From: a virus
Lineage: Duplodnaviria; Caudoviricetes
Strand: one strand, 5' to 3'
IMG/VR virus record: IMGVR_UViG_3300030329_003563
Coordinates: 1 to 50,053 of that record
DNA: 50,053 nt
Shown: piece after piece, positions 35,670-46,243 of the stretch
Numbering within the stretch: position 1 is the first letter of the stretch
Layout of the letters: every line of letters begins with the position of its first letter
The notes under the pieces: model-generated
The model's input: the letters and a program-made list of their open reading frames with translations, nothing else
Database searches by the model: none
What the model was told of the DNA's origin: nothing
Translations under genes and position numbers: made by a program

Positions 35670-38600
35670 ATGCCATATTTAAATAACCAATCTCTTATCG
35701 AAGTAGCAAGGAAGTATAATAAGCGAATATTTTCTGAGCTAGACGACAAACAAGTATACGACTATATTGTAAAAAATATGCGTCCAGAAGATTTTTCTGA
35801 TACTAAGGGAATAGAATTTTCTCCTTGGGTGGACGAGCAGTCTAAAATAGATACCCCTTACGAATATAAACCATATAAACCTGTGATGATAGATTCTACG
35901 ACCCAGCAATCTACTAGCCCAAAATCATGGATGCAAACTTTTTCTGATATGAGCTTAACGGGATGGGCAGGAGATGCAACTGATTGGAATTTTTTAAAAT
36001 ATTCAGCGATGCAAGGGAGTCAAGACTTACTAAAAGCTGCTATGTCAGGAGAGTCATCGTACCAATTAAAAGATGAAAATGGTCAAGTCATATCTCCAGA
36101 AGAATATGGAGAGCAATTAAATATAGGCCAAGAAGTTTTAGCGTGGGGATTAGGTCAGTTTAATGCTACAGATATTGCCCTATGGGTTGGAACAGCAGGT
36201 ATCGGCAAATACATGCAAATGGGCGGCAAGCTTGCAACAGTTGGAAAGACAACACAGAGGCTAGCGCCCTCTATGACAAAAGCTGAGACAGCGCGTCGTA
36301 GCTCTATTACAGGAATAAAAGATTGGAATAAATGGGTAGATAAGGGGCTTTCTACTGGCACTTTATCTGACGAGGCATATCAATTTACAAAAAAAGAATA
36401 TTTTGATGGCATGGTGAGAAAGTCTGCAAATAGATTGAGAGCCAATGGCAATAGATATTCTAATTATTTTGCAGATTATTTAGAGGCAGCTCCTGCTGGA
36501 GCAGTTTCTCTTGGAGCATTTAGTTTCGGGACAGGTGCTATACACAGCTTAAATCAACAAAGGATGGCCGAAAGAGATGCTGATGGTATTGGCATTGGAG
36601 ATGTCGATGCTGGCACTGCATTATGGGATGGTGCTAAAAGTGGTTTTGAAGGAATGGTTTTAGGTGGCTTAATTGCAGGTGTTAGCCCAGGTACAGATAG
36701 AATATTTGGGAAAATGGCTACTAAATTTGAAAAAGCAGAAACCAGTTTAGGGCAGTCAATGCAAAAATTTTTCAAAAGTGATTATACTAAATTAGCAGCA
36801 GATATAGGTATAGAAGGTACTGTCTTTAGTACTGCGCCTTATACATGGAAAGGTTTACCAAGAGACGAAGAGGGCAATATTGATACAGACCAGATGCTTC
36901 ATGACTGGGCGCATTCAACAGCTACAATTGGTATGTTAAAAGGTTCATTTAAAGCATATGAAAAGATTATGAATGAATGGAAAGGTGAGATTGCCATTGA
37001 TAAAGAATATGCTAAGAATGGTGAGTTTAGAACTACTGAAGGCGAAATGGCAAAAGATGTTGTTGAAAATATGAAAAAGAACCTTACTGATATGGGGCTT
37101 AAGCCTGCTGAGGTTCAAAAAGCTGTAAAAGAATTTTTAAAAGAAGAGTTTGGTAAAACATTAAAAGAAGTAGACGGCGTAGAATTAGAAGTTAAAGAAG
37201 CTCTTTTAGAGAAATGGGAAGCCAATCAAGGTATTGTCAACAAAATTGTTAAAGGGGAGAAGCTTACCAAAGAAGAAGCTGCAATTGCATTTACAGAACT
37301 AGGCCCCCTTAATACTATTCTAGGCCAGATGGAATATAAAAAAATTGCAACGACAGAGGCTATTGATGCATATATAGATAAATATATTGCTCCTGAAATT
37401 AAGAAGAGGCAAGGCAAGGATATAACTCCCGAACAAAGAGAGATTGAAAGAAATAAGATTACAAAAAAAGTTAAAAGCAGAATTGAAAAGCTTGATAAAG
37501 AATCGAATGCCATAAATGATTTTATTAGTAATGCTAAGAGCAAGGGCGCTAAAAAGGAAACGCTCGCTCAAAGAGAAAAGGCTATGGAAAAAGAATATGA
37601 TTCTCTATCAAAGCTTCTAGATGATTTGCCAGATGGAAGTGCGCGTAAAAAAGCAGCTGATAAGCTAATAGAGAATTTCTCTAAAGAAAATCGGGAGGCG
37701 GTGGAGCGCGTGAAGGAGGGGAAAACAGGAGAATCAACCCCAAAGGAACTTGACACACTCGAAGCATTTTATACAGAGGTGCGAAAAATAGTAGAGGGAC
37801 CATCTGCGAAAGAAAGAATTAAAGAGGCTACAGAGTCGTTACAAATTGAATTGCCAAAAGATAAATGGGAAGCTTTAATTAAAGAGAAGACTGTTAAAGG
37901 TAATGATGCCAAGACTGCAGAGAATTTAGAAAGAGTTCTTGCGAAAGTAAGGACGTCAAAAGAGACTACAGATGCTTTTAGTGAAGTAAAAAGAATTGTT
38001 GAAGAAAACAAAATACTAGACTCTAAAGAGCAATCGATTCCCTTAGTTAAAGATTCTAATATTTCTAAAAGTCATAAAACTATTCTTGCTTATGTTCTCG
38101 ACGCTTTATCTAGAAATAGAAATCATGCAAGAGGCGCTAAAGAAACAATTAATTTATTAAAATTTGTAGAAAAAAAATATAAAAAAGATATCAACACTTT
38201 AGACTCTAAGCAACTAGAGACTCTAGGGAAAGACTACATACAAGATAAGCTAAAAGTAGATATTTACGACAAGACAACCGATACTTTAAGCAAGAAATAC
38301 ACTATGCGTCAAATAAGAGCGGCTCAACGAGCAGCAGACTTGATTCGAGATTCTTTAGCCGAAACTTTTCGATTTGGAGCTATGGATAAATTTGCCAATA
38401 ATACTAATATCGTTGGAAATATTACAAAGTTTAATGTCAGTGGTACTAGAAAAGTAACTATAGTTGGTGGAGAGAAGGGGTTCAAAAGACTTATTCAATG
38501 GGCAAAAAATTTCAAAAAACCTATAGAATATGCAAAGGGGAAGAGCATTGATTCCAATGAAGCTGCCATTGCTATTGAATTGGCTGTCGCAGGTAAATTA

Positions 38601-41600
38601 AGGCCAGGGGAATTAGCTGGCTTTAAAGTATCTGATATAGACCCAAGAAGTGGGAGAATAACTATTCGTCGACAAAAAAGAGAACCTTCTCAAGACATTG
38701 TCAATAAAGAATTAGCTTCAAAATTAATAACCCTTGCAAATAAAAAAGGAATTAAAGGAGAGACAAATCTCTTTAATTTCAAATCTTCTTCTGATGTTAC
38801 TAGCTTTACGAAACATATATCTGAAAAATCTGGAATTGAAATTAAAGTTGAACATGCGGCTACTGGGAAAATATATAAATGGAATGAAATGATTCCAGGA
38901 GAAAAATCTATAGGCTCAATTGACATACCTAGTAAAAAAGCTGGAGTAGGGCTGCAAATGGGAAGAGTATTTAGGGGTCTATATGAAGCTGAGCCTACTA
39001 TTAAAACAGGGAAAGAGGCTAAAATTGAAACGGCAAAGCAGGCCGCTGAATTAGGTCATACTGGAGAAAAATCTCCCACTAAATCATATAGAAGGAAAAC
39101 TATTGAAGAGCGTATGACAGTCGAAGGTAAGGTTGGTCGTGCAGCTACAGCCAAAGAAAAAGCTAGAGTCATACGAATGCTCAAAAAGAAGTATCCAGAG
39201 ATTACTTTAAAGCTTGATGAGGCTGTACTCAGAGATTCTAAAGGCAAAGTAATCACCTCAGATAAAGTCCTTGAGACCGTTGTAGGGACGCTTGTTAAGG
39301 TTAAGAAGGGTGCTCCTATAGAAGCGGCTGTTCACGGTGCTATTCACCCTATTTTAAAGACTTTAGACGCTATATCAAAAGCTAATCCTAATACTAAGCT
39401 TGGAAAGACTACTGCTGGGCTTGTTCGTGAGATGTATGCAAGGGCAAGGAAGACAGATAGGTTTCAATACTGGCGCAAAGAATTTATGAAGGATAAGTAT
39501 GACAAGAATGGAAAGCTAATTGAAAAAGGTATGAATCCTAAAGATGCAGCTAACAGAGCTGTTGAAGAGGTGACTGCTGAGCTTACTGGTAAATATGTTG
39601 CAGGCAGAATGATGGATAAAGGCGTATTCCAGCGTGTTAAAGACTGGTTTCAAAGAACATACGCTGCATTAAAGACTTCATTTAAAGATGTCGATAAGAT
39701 GACAGATAAAGAATTGACTCAACTATTCGGTGAAAGATTTATAAAGCGTAAAGGGATAGATAGTATTGTATTTGAACGTACGTCTGGTGAGCGTATGGAA
39801 TTTATGACAATAACCAAAGAGAATACTAAAGATTTTAAGAAATATATTGACGATACGATGAAAAGGTTTAACCTTGATGTCACTGCCGCTGAGCGTAATA
39901 AGTTCCTTGAGGTTTTAGCTAAAGAAGCAAAGATTGATATGAGGCCAGACTTCTCTCTAAAGAATATATTGTTTGAAGAGATTACTGCCATATCAGAGGT
40001 AATAGGGACACTTAATCTAAGAAAGATAAAAGAAAAGTCTAAGATTAAAGAGCGCATAGAATTTAAAATGGAAATAGATAGAAATAGGGAGAAGACAAAC
40101 CTAACTACTAAAGACCAGAAAGAATGGCTTGTTAACGAAGGTGTTGCGAGCGGGAATATATTAGATGCTCCTATGAGTACAATGAAAGAATTTAACTCTC
40201 TGTTATATGAATATAGGGTTGACCCTAAGTCATTAAATCAAGTCGGCAATGAACTTCCTGTCTTGGTTGACAAGAAGATTGACATTATTAATAGGATTCA
40301 AGGCTCTCGTCTTGCAAAGTTAAGACACTTTGCGTCAAAAGGGCTTATGGGCCTACATCAATTCTCTAAACATTTAGGATTGACAAACTTAGCAAGCTGG
40401 ACATTGAAGCACATTTCCTCAGAGCAAGCTCACGTAGGGCCATTTATGCACTTCGCTGATACGATGGCTCCTCAGCTGCTAGGTAGAAGAAAATGGAATC
40501 AAGCTAAGAAAGTATTTTCCCTGCTAGAGGCTAATGAGAAAGGTGAGTTTATAAGAATTAACGATAAGACTGTGACCTCGAAAGAAGCTGCTCAAGCTAA
40601 ATTGTTCATTAAAAAAGCATTTAAAGTTAGAGTAGATAGGAAAACTGGGAAATGGTATAATGAGGGTATTAATTGGAACCCTAAGAATCAGACAGGTTCT
40701 AACGAGGGTCGACTTTTACACTACTTTAAACATGAAATTATGAATAGTCTTCCTGAAAAGCTAGATGCGATAGCATTATCTAAATTCACCAAGGGAAAAT
40801 ATGAATCTATTTTAAAGCAAAATGATATTAAATTTTTAAATAAATCCGATGTAGCATTTTATGTCCCCCGTAGGACGACCAGAGTATTCCAAGAAAATTT
40901 CAACCTTAATGCCCTTAAAGAGAATAAAGCTGTTGAGAAGGCAGCATCAGAAATTGCTTATGAAATGGCGAAAGATGCAAATCAATCGAAGTGGAAGAAG
41001 CTAAGTAAGTCTGAAAAAGAAAAACTAGTAGATGAGTATTCTGATGCAGCTAGAATTATAGCTAACGCAGAGCTTCAAATGATTGGAACCTTTGGAGCGC
41101 AGAAGATACAATTCAACCATCTTATTAAAAGAAATCGAATAAAGCTAGATGAAACTATTGATATAGGCGGGAAGAAAGTCAAAGTATGGGAAACAGATTT
41201 TGATACTTCTATCATGCCATTTGCAGCAGGCTGGGGAAAGTTTCTTGCTAACGTAGAGCATGCGCCATGGGCTATAAAATTAAAAGGATTCAAATTTGAT
41301 GTTGATATGAATAAAACCTTAACAGAACTTCAAGCAAGTATGGGTCTTGGGGCTGGAAATAAAAGGATGAAAGACATTAACAACATTATTAAAAAAGGTA
41401 TACAAAGAAGAGTAGGAACGTATCAAGAAAATTCAATGTTCTCATCTCTTAGTGATTATACAAGAGAGTATACATCAACTCTAATGAGGCTGCAACTTGC
41501 TGGGCCTATACCTATGTCGGGGATTAAAAACTATTTTACGCAAGCCATTCAAATGGTTCATGCACATAGATTTCGAGATGTAATTGATACACATTTCAGA

Positions 41601-43079
41601 GCATTTTCAGCTAAAGAGCGAGCGGTAACGGAAATGATGGGGGCAACATCTAGTATAGGTATTACTGGGTATAAGCCGAAATCTGAGTTGATGCAGAAAG
41701 CTACAGATTTAGTCTTCAGGTCAGGTCTAATGCCTTTGTCAGAATCTTTTGCAAGAACATGGGCGAGGCTAGCTGCTGAAGTAGATGGTAGGCGAATGGC
41801 AGATATCGTTCAAAAAAATACTAAAAATTCCAAAGAATACAAGCAAGCAGTGAATAGGCTAAAAGAATTGTATGAGTTGACTGATAGTCAGATAGCCTTA
41901 CTTAAAAGGCATGGATTCGAGCCATTGTACAATAAGATGTCTGCATTTGATAAAAATGTTATTAAGCTTCAAATGGATGGAATAGATAGGCAGATACAAA
42001 TTGTAGGAAATATGAAGACAGCTGGTTCAACAGTAGATGCTATGATGCCAGAGATTGGAAACGTAAAGTGGATGAAGCCGTTTTTAATGTATAAGCGTAT
42101 TGCCTATGCAACTACAGTGAATAATATGTCGACAATGAAATATAATTGGAATAATGGACATTTTATGAGAACCGCTATGATGGTAGGAGGAACTGCACTT
42201 AGTGGCGGTGCGAGAATGTGGCTACTTAAACAAGTATTAGGACAAACTCTGCCTGGTGAGAACTCTGACTGGGGTAAAGCAATCCAAACTGCTCTATGGC
42301 AAGGTGAATTTGGAGGTATTCTCTCAGAATTATTAAGCCCATATGCAGGTACGTGGGGTTCGCTATCAAATGACATGCTATTCTCTTCTGCAATGACTAC
42401 TCATGCATGGAAGTCTGTCGTTTTATTAGACGCCCTTGGCGGTAATTATTCTGGGATATGGGAAACATCGTCTACTCCAGGTGAAGCATTAAGGCAATGG
42501 GGTCGTTCAACATCCGCATCGTATAATAATATCTACAAGCTGATGAGTCAAAGGAACAACGAGTATAATAGTACATACAAGTCTATACGTCAATGGAAAA
42601 ATGATTTTGAAGGTAAACATGGCTATTATGAAGACCCTTCAATCGTAGAGAGCGAATCTAAAAAATACTTTAAAAATTTAAGAACTGCATTTAATTTAGG
42701 GAATACTCCTGAGCTTAATGAGGCTGTAACTCTTGCTTATTTTGGATACGCGTCTGACAGGGTTACTGCTGGGGCATCACAAGCTCAAGCATTTAAGGAA
42801 GCTAAATCTATGATTAGTAGAACTTTCAAGACATTGAATCCTATTATGGGCTCTATTGATTCAAGAAAAGGATATATCATTACTCCTACACAAGGATTCC
42901 TTAAAAGTCTCAGCCCCGAGAAAAAGAAAGTAGTGAAAAGAGCATACAAACAATATAACGAACGATTGAGAATGTTCCTAAAGCAATATCCTCACTATCT
43001 CAGGAAAAACAACCTTAAAGATATTAAGGAGAATTTTAAATTCACAATTAAGGAGCAGTACGGTAACGCTCTAAAATAA
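35670..43079 (+). CDS. Giant internal virion/polyvalent protein with tyrosine-recombinase domain and degenerate zincin domain
   Basis: 2469 aa, last late gene; KLRPGEL..KVSDID, RVFR, LGH..TKSY; HGAIH...EEVTA. Confidence 0.75.
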   Translation: MPYLNNQSLIEVARKYNKRIFSELDDKQVYDYIVKNMRPEDFSDTKGIEFSPWVDEQSKIDTPYEYKPYKPVMIDSTTQQSTSPKSWMQTFSDMSLTGWAGDATDWNFLKYSAMQGSQDLLKAAMSGESSYQLKDENGQVISPEEYGEQLNIGQEVLAWGLGQFNATDIALWVGTAGIGKYMQMGGKLATVGKTTQRLAPSMTKAETARRSSITGIKDWNKWVDKGLSTGTLSDEAYQFTKKEYFDGMVRKSANRLRANGNRYSNYFADYLEAAPAGAVSLGAFSFGTGAIHSLNQQRMAERDADGIGIGDVDAGTALWDGAKSGFEGMVLGGLIAGVSPGTDRIFGKMATKFEKAETSLGQSMQKFFKSDYTKLAADIGIEGTVFSTAPYTWKGLPRDEEGNIDTDQMLHDWAHSTATIGMLKGSFKAYEKIMNEWKGEIAIDKEYAKNGEFRTTEGEMAKDVVENMKKNLTDMGLKPAEVQKAVKEFLKEEFGKTLKEVDGVELEVKEALLEKWEANQGIVNKIVKGEKLTKEEAAIAFTELGPLNTILGQMEYKKIATTEAIDAYIDKYIAPEIKKRQGKDITPEQREIERNKITKKVKSRIEKLDKESNAINDFISNAKSKGAKKETLAQREKAMEKEYDSLSKLLDDLPDGSARKKAADKLIENFSKENREAVERVKEGKTGESTPKELDTLEAFYTEVRKIVEGPSAKERIKEATESLQIELPKDKWEALIKEKTVKGNDAKTAENLERVLAKVRTSKETTDAFSEVKRIVEENKILDSKEQSIPLVKDSNISKSHKTILAYVLDALSRNRNHARGAKETINLLKFVEKKYKKDINTLDSKQLETLGKDYIQDKLKVDIYDKTTDTLSKKYTMRQIRAAQRAADLIRDSLAETFRFGAMDKFANNTNIVGNITKFNVSGTRKVTIVGGEKGFKRLIQWAKNFKKPIEYAKGKSIDSNEAAIAIELAVAGKLRPGELAGFKVSDIDPRSGRITIRRQKREPSQDIVNKELASKLITLANKKGIKGETNLFNFKSSSDVTSFTKHISEKSGIEIKVEHAATGKIYKWNEMIPGEKSIGSIDIPSKKAGVGLQMGRVFRGLYEAEPTIKTGKEAKIETAKQAAELGHTGEKSPTKSYRRKTIEERMTVEGKVGRAATAKEKARVIRMLKKKYPEITLKLDEAVLRDSKGKVITSDKVLETVVGTLVKVKKGAPIEAAVHGAIHPILKTLDAISKANPNTKLGKTTAGLVREMYARARKTDRFQYWRKEFMKDKYDKNGKLIEKGMNPKDAANRAVEEVTAELTGKYVAGRMMDKGVFQRVKDWFQRTYAALKTSFKDVDKMTDKELTQLFGERFIKRKGIDSIVFERTSGERMEFMTITKENTKDFKKYIDDTMKRFNLDVTAAERNKFLEVLAKEAKIDMRPDFSLKNILFEEITAISEVIGTLNLRKIKEKSKIKERIEFKMEIDRNREKTNLTTKDQKEWLVNEGVASGNILDAPMSTMKEFNSLLYEYRVDPKSLNQVGNELPVLVDKKIDIINRIQGSRLAKLRHFASKGLMGLHQFSKHLGLTNLASWTLKHISSEQAHVGPFMHFADTMAPQLLGRRKWNQAKKVFSLLEANEKGEFIRINDKTVTSKEAAQAKLFIKKAFKVRVDRKTGKWYNEGINWNPKNQTGSNEGRLLHYFKHEIMNSLPEKLDAIALSKFTKGKYESILKQNDIKFLNKSDVAFYVPRRTTRVFQENFNLNALKENKAVEKAASEIAYEMAKDANQSKWKKLSKSEKEKLVDEYSDAARIIANAELQMIGTFGAQKIQFNHLIKRNRIKLDETIDIGGKKVKVWETDFDTSIMPFAAGWGKFLANVEHAPWAIKLKGFKFDVDMNKTLTELQASMGLGAGNKRMKDINNIIKKGIQRRVGTYQENSMFSSLSDYTREYTSTLMRLQLAGPIPMSGIKNYFTQAIQMVHAHRFRDVIDTHFRAFSAKERAVTEMMGATSSIGITGYKPKSELMQKATDLVFRSGLMPLSESFARTWARLAAEVDGRRMADIVQKNTKNSKEYKQAVNRLKELYELTDSQIALLKRHGFEPLYNKMSAFDKNVIKLQMDGIDRQIQIVGNMKTAGSTVDAMMPEIGNVKWMKPFLMYKRIAYATTVNNMSTMKYNWNNGHFMRTAMMVGGTALSGGARMWLLKQVLGQTLPGENSDWGKAIQTALWQGEFGGILSELLSPYAGTWGSLSNDMLFSSAMTTHAWKSVVLLDALGGNYSGIWETSSTPGEALRQWGRSTSASYNNIYKLMSQRNNEYNSTYKSIRQWKNDFEGKHGYYEDPSIVESESKKYFKNLRTAFNLGNTPELNEAVTLAYFGYASDRVTAGASQAQAFKEAKSMISRTFKTLNPIMGSIDSRKGYIITPTQGFLKSLSPEKKKVVKRAYKQYNERLRMFLKQYPHYLRKNNLKDIKENFKFTIKEQYGNALK

Positions 43080-43454
43080 TTCCTTAATTGGTATCAACAC
43101 CATCTGACTTGAGTTAAAGTCACCTCCCATTACAAGCCTAGCCTTTTCTTCTTTAAGTAGACTCCTAATCTTATCTTTCAATATATCGACAGCAAAAATA
43201 AAACCGCCCTCTATCTTATTATTATAGCTAAGTAAATGCACCCAAACCGATGAGCCAGTAGTAGAAATGCCTGATGGAACGCCATTACACCTCACCTCTA
43301 CAGCTATATTACCTGTATTCTTCCATATATCGCGTTCTGTCTTAACTTCTATCATGGTGTTACCATTCTGCATATCTTTAACAAAATCCTCTCCAATTTT
43401 GCCAAATTCTAAGTCTAAATCAAATTGCTTCATTTCTTCGTATGTTAATCCCAC
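43071..43454 (-). CDS. Putative PD-(D/E)XK-like nuclease
   Basis: DLEFGKIGE...IEVKTE...TGNIAVE; GTG 43454 with GGAGG RBS. Confidence 0.6.
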   Translation of the reverse strand: MGLTYEEMKQFDLDLEFGKIGEDFVKDMQNGNTMIEVKTERDIWKNTGNIAVEVRCNGVPSGISTTGSSVWVHLLSYNNKIEGGFIFAVDILKDKIRSLLKEEKARLVMGGDFNSSQMVLIPIKELF

Positions 43455-43506
43455 TAGTTTGCCTCCTTCAGCTACTCGTTTTAATGGCCCAAATATATCA
43501 TTTATA

Positions 43507-43992
43507 TCACTCAGCGTTATCAAAATAATTCTTTGCGTAATCTGCAATTAACATTGCATCTGCCGTTGCAAGTATTATTTTCTTGCCTAGCTGTGGATAT
43601 TTTTTCTTTGCTAACTCTTTAAGATGATTCTTTCTTTCTTGTTTTTTAAGTTTGGGAGGGCACCCTATGGCTTTCATCCATTTTTGAGGAGTCACATAGT
43701 GTGATTGGATTTCGTGCGAAGAAACAATACCCTCCCAATTCCCATAGTTTTGTGCGAACGTAAATACTGACGACCGCCCATCATGAGGTCTTGCCCAGAC
43801 TTTCTCAATCATTACAAGCATATGGCTGGGAGGAGTCTCATTCATGATTAACGCGAACATCATTGCCATATCGTAGACTGAAGCTGGGCATTTATAGACC
43901 TTTACTTCGTTTTTATATATCGTAGCAACACCACCGCCTTTTCCTGGGTCGATTCCTACGTACTTAATTGATTTTGAGTTGTTCTTTTTCAC
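43507..43992 (-). CDS. RuvC-like Holliday junction resolvase
   Basis: VGIDPG, IEKV, VTPQKW, ADAMLIA; GTG 43992 with GGAGG. Confidence 0.85.
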   Translation of the reverse strand: MKKNNSKSIKYVGIDPGKGGGVATIYKNEVKVYKCPASVYDMAMMFALIMNETPPSHMLVMIEKVWARPHDGRSSVFTFAQNYGNWEGIVSSHEIQSHYVTPQKWMKAIGCPPKLKKQERKNHLKELAKKKYPQLGKKIILATADAMLIADYAKNYFDNAE

Positions 43993-45304
43993 TTGCTCCT
44001 CCTTGTACAGGTATTGGTAGATTATCATATATCGTACAAATATCTCCATGAAATCCTAACTCAACTTCACCAGTTTGTCCATATCTAACCTTACTAGCCA
44101 CTAAATATATCTCATTTTTACTGGAAGTAGCTGGGTCAACCTTATATTTGTAGTAGATAAAGAAAACATTCTCTGCTACTTGCTCAATAGCTCCAGATTC
44201 TGCTAAATCAGAGAGCTGAGGACGTTTAGCTTCCCCTCCTCGTGTCTCTAAGTATCTATTTAGCTGAGATGCAAGCACTACAGCACAATTATTTTCCTTT
44301 GCAAGCCATTTATATGAGTTACATATCTCTTCTAACTGCAATCTTCGAGTATCTTGCCTTGTATTAGGGGTAATAAGCTGTATATAATCATCTATAATAA
44401 CATCTGGCTTGAATTTTTTGACCTCTGAGGCTGTTTTGGGGAAATCTCTCACATCATCAAACATAACAAATCTATCTTCAGAGTATTTTTTGTTAATCTT
44501 GTCCCGTGCAATCTTCAAAAGCTCAATAGTCCTATCGTTAAGCGTCCCTCGTCTCACGTCTCCGTAGCTTAGTTTCGGTTCTTCTATGCATACTATTTTC
44601 TTTAATACCTCGGTGTTCGGTAGCTCTCTGTTAAATACAGCAACCTTGTATCCTTTAGATATGAATGATGAAAGTAAGTTTACTAAGAATGTAGTCTTAC
44701 CATGACCAGGCCTACCACCAACAATAGTAATCTCTCCTCTTGTTAATCCACCAGCGAAAGCATCTATTCTTGGATACCCAGTCTTAATCATTTTCTTGTT
44801 TCCGCTATTCATGCTTTTTAAGGTATCTGACATTGCATCTTCTATGCTGAATTTAGCACCTGGTCTAACTCTTATAAGCTCTCCCATTAAAGTATGAGCC
44901 CCAGTTATGAGTTCATATACATCACTACCTCTATGCAATACATCATTTTTTATTCCATCTGCCTCAGATACTATCTTTCTTAGTAAGTATTTCTCATATA
45001 TTTTCTGCGCATATGCCTCTGTCATTCCAGCCCCACAAGCATTGCTAGTACAATCAACCACGTATCCTTTGGTAATTCCCTTAGACATATCTTCACTTGT
45101 AAGAGATGCACATACTGTGAGAGTATCTATGTGCTTGCTCTTTCTTCTCATGCTTACAATCTTTTCCCACAAAGCTCTTGACTTGGTTTGAGAAAAGACT
45201 GATGGCTCTGGAACATACTGAGCTACCATGCTATATTCGTTTGGACTGAGGATAACACTCCCTATGACCACATCTTCTGTGGCCTCATCGACAATTTGGT
45301 TCAT
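43964..45304 (-). CDS. dnaB: Replicative DNA helicase DnaB-like
   Basis: GGRPGHGKT, IDDYIQL, ASQLNR, SDLAESGAIEQ, KVRYG. Confidence 0.95.
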   Translation of the reverse strand: MNQIVDEATEDVVIGSVILSPNEYSMVAQYVPEPSVFSQTKSRALWEKIVSMRRKSKHIDTLTVCASLTSEDMSKGITKGYVVDCTSNACGAGMTEAYAQKIYEKYLLRKIVSEADGIKNDVLHRGSDVYELITGAHTLMGELIRVRPGAKFSIEDAMSDTLKSMNSGNKKMIKTGYPRIDAFAGGLTRGEITIVGGRPGHGKTTFLVNLLSSFISKGYKVAVFNRELPNTEVLKKIVCIEEPKLSYGDVRRGTLNDRTIELLKIARDKINKKYSEDRFVMFDDVRDFPKTASEVKKFKPDVIIDDYIQLITPNTRQDTRRLQLEEICNSYKWLAKENNCAVVLASQLNRYLETRGGEAKRPQLSDLAESGAIEQVAENVFFIYYKYKVDPATSSKNEIYLVASKVRYGQTGEVELGFHGDICTIYDNLPIPVQGGASEKEQLKIN

Positions 45305-45315
45305 TTTTTCTCCCT

Positions 45316-45534
45316 TTATTCTTCTGGTTTTTCGGTATAAGTATCAAGCATAGCATTATATTCCTTTACAACGCTATCTACGTCTATTTCGTTGATTTTA
45401 TATATCATACCAACATTAGATGTAGACATCTCTTGCAATGGGCTACTTTTGAGGAATACTCCCCAATTATGCTCACTTAGAACTTTCATCAGCAGTTCCT
45501 TGCTCAGCATTATATTTCTCCTTTTTCTTTTCAA
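45316..45534 (-). CDS. Hypothetical protein (start probably the internal MLSKELL)
   Basis: ORF track; in replication operon. Confidence 0.6.
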   Translation of the reverse strand: MKRKRRNIMLSKELLMKVLSEHNWGVFLKSSPLQEMSTSNVGMIYKINEIDVDSVVKEYNAMLDTYTEKPEE

Positions 45535-45700
45535 TATATTTTAAAAACTTTTTATCATCTTTCTTAAACTCGACATAATCATTTACTACCATAGCTAAAG
45601 AATCAGCTTTTTGATTCACTATCTGTAGGTCGTGTATCAGATTTTCCACTACTTGCTTTACTTCGTTTAGTGTCGGTTTTTTTGGTTTCTTTTTTGTCAT
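45473..45700 (-). CDS. Hypothetical protein
   Basis: ORF track; GAGG RBS. Confidence 0.65.
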   Translation of the reverse strand: MTKKKPKKPTLNEVKQVVENLIHDLQIVNQKADSLAMVVNDYVEFKKDDKKFLKYIEKKKEKYNAEQGTADESSK

Positions 45701-45824
45701 CTTTCTTTACCTCGTTTAATATATCGTTTAATATGTCTTTTAACTTTTTCACTTCCATTTTTAGGAAGTCAATGTCTTTCTCCATATCTATGGCTCTACC
45801 CATCATCTTCTCCTTGCTTTTCAT
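45603..45824 (-). CDS. Small coiled-coil protein
   Basis: ORF track; true start probably MMGRA. Confidence 0.55.
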   Translation of the reverse strand: MKSKEKMMGRAIDMEKDIDFLKMEVKKLKDILNDILNEVKKDDKKETKKTDTKRSKASSGKSDTRPTDSESKS

Positions 45825-46122
45825 TATCTACAACCATTCCCCAGAATAGTATTGAATAGACAATAATATCTGTTAATCTACCTCTAACATCTTCACGTTG
45901 TGACTTGTGCCCATCAGCGTAAGCACACAGCCCATCTACATGCTTAATCATATAGGTAAGCAGCACTTTTTCTTTAGGCTGATTTGTAAAAGATGCTACT
46001 CTTTCAAAATTTGCAAATACATTTTCTAAATTTCTAGCATATTCACTTTGTCCCGCATTTCTAATGCGAGTAACTTCTTCAAAAATATGAAACATTAAGT
46101 CATTCATTTCTTCTTTAATCAT
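45796..46122 (-). CDS. All-alpha NTP-pyrophosphohydrolase-like / nucleotide-modification-associated protein
   Basis: EYA...FANFERVA...KH...EDVRGRLTDIIVY pattern. Confidence 0.6.
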   Translation of the reverse strand: MIKEEMNDLMFHIFEEVTRIRNAGQSEYARNLENVFANFERVASFTNQPKEKVLLTYMIKHVDGLCAYADGHKSQREDVRGRLTDIIVYSILFWGMVVDNEKQGEDDG

Positions 46123-46243
46123 TGTTATAACCTTTTCTTAATCCACATCTGTCTAATAAATACAGCTCTAGCCACCAACAGCCATTAGCTATTTTCTTTA
46201 CTTTCTTCACTTTCCTCACGTGATGCGAGTCTTTTTTCTTCAT
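46115..46243 (-). CDS. Small basic hypothetical protein (42 aa)
   Basis: Manual translation MKKKDSHHVRK...; GGAGGAG RBS. Confidence 0.55.
   Translation of the reverse strand: MKKKDSHHVRKVKKVKKIANGCWWLELYLLDRCGLRKGYNND

Noticed and set aside
4684-42376. Many short minus-strand or alternate-frame ORFs inside late genes (for example 5006, 14588, 20204, 29344, 30751, 37226)
   Set aside because: They overlap well-supported genes, lack RBSs and motifs, and are typical antisense open frames.
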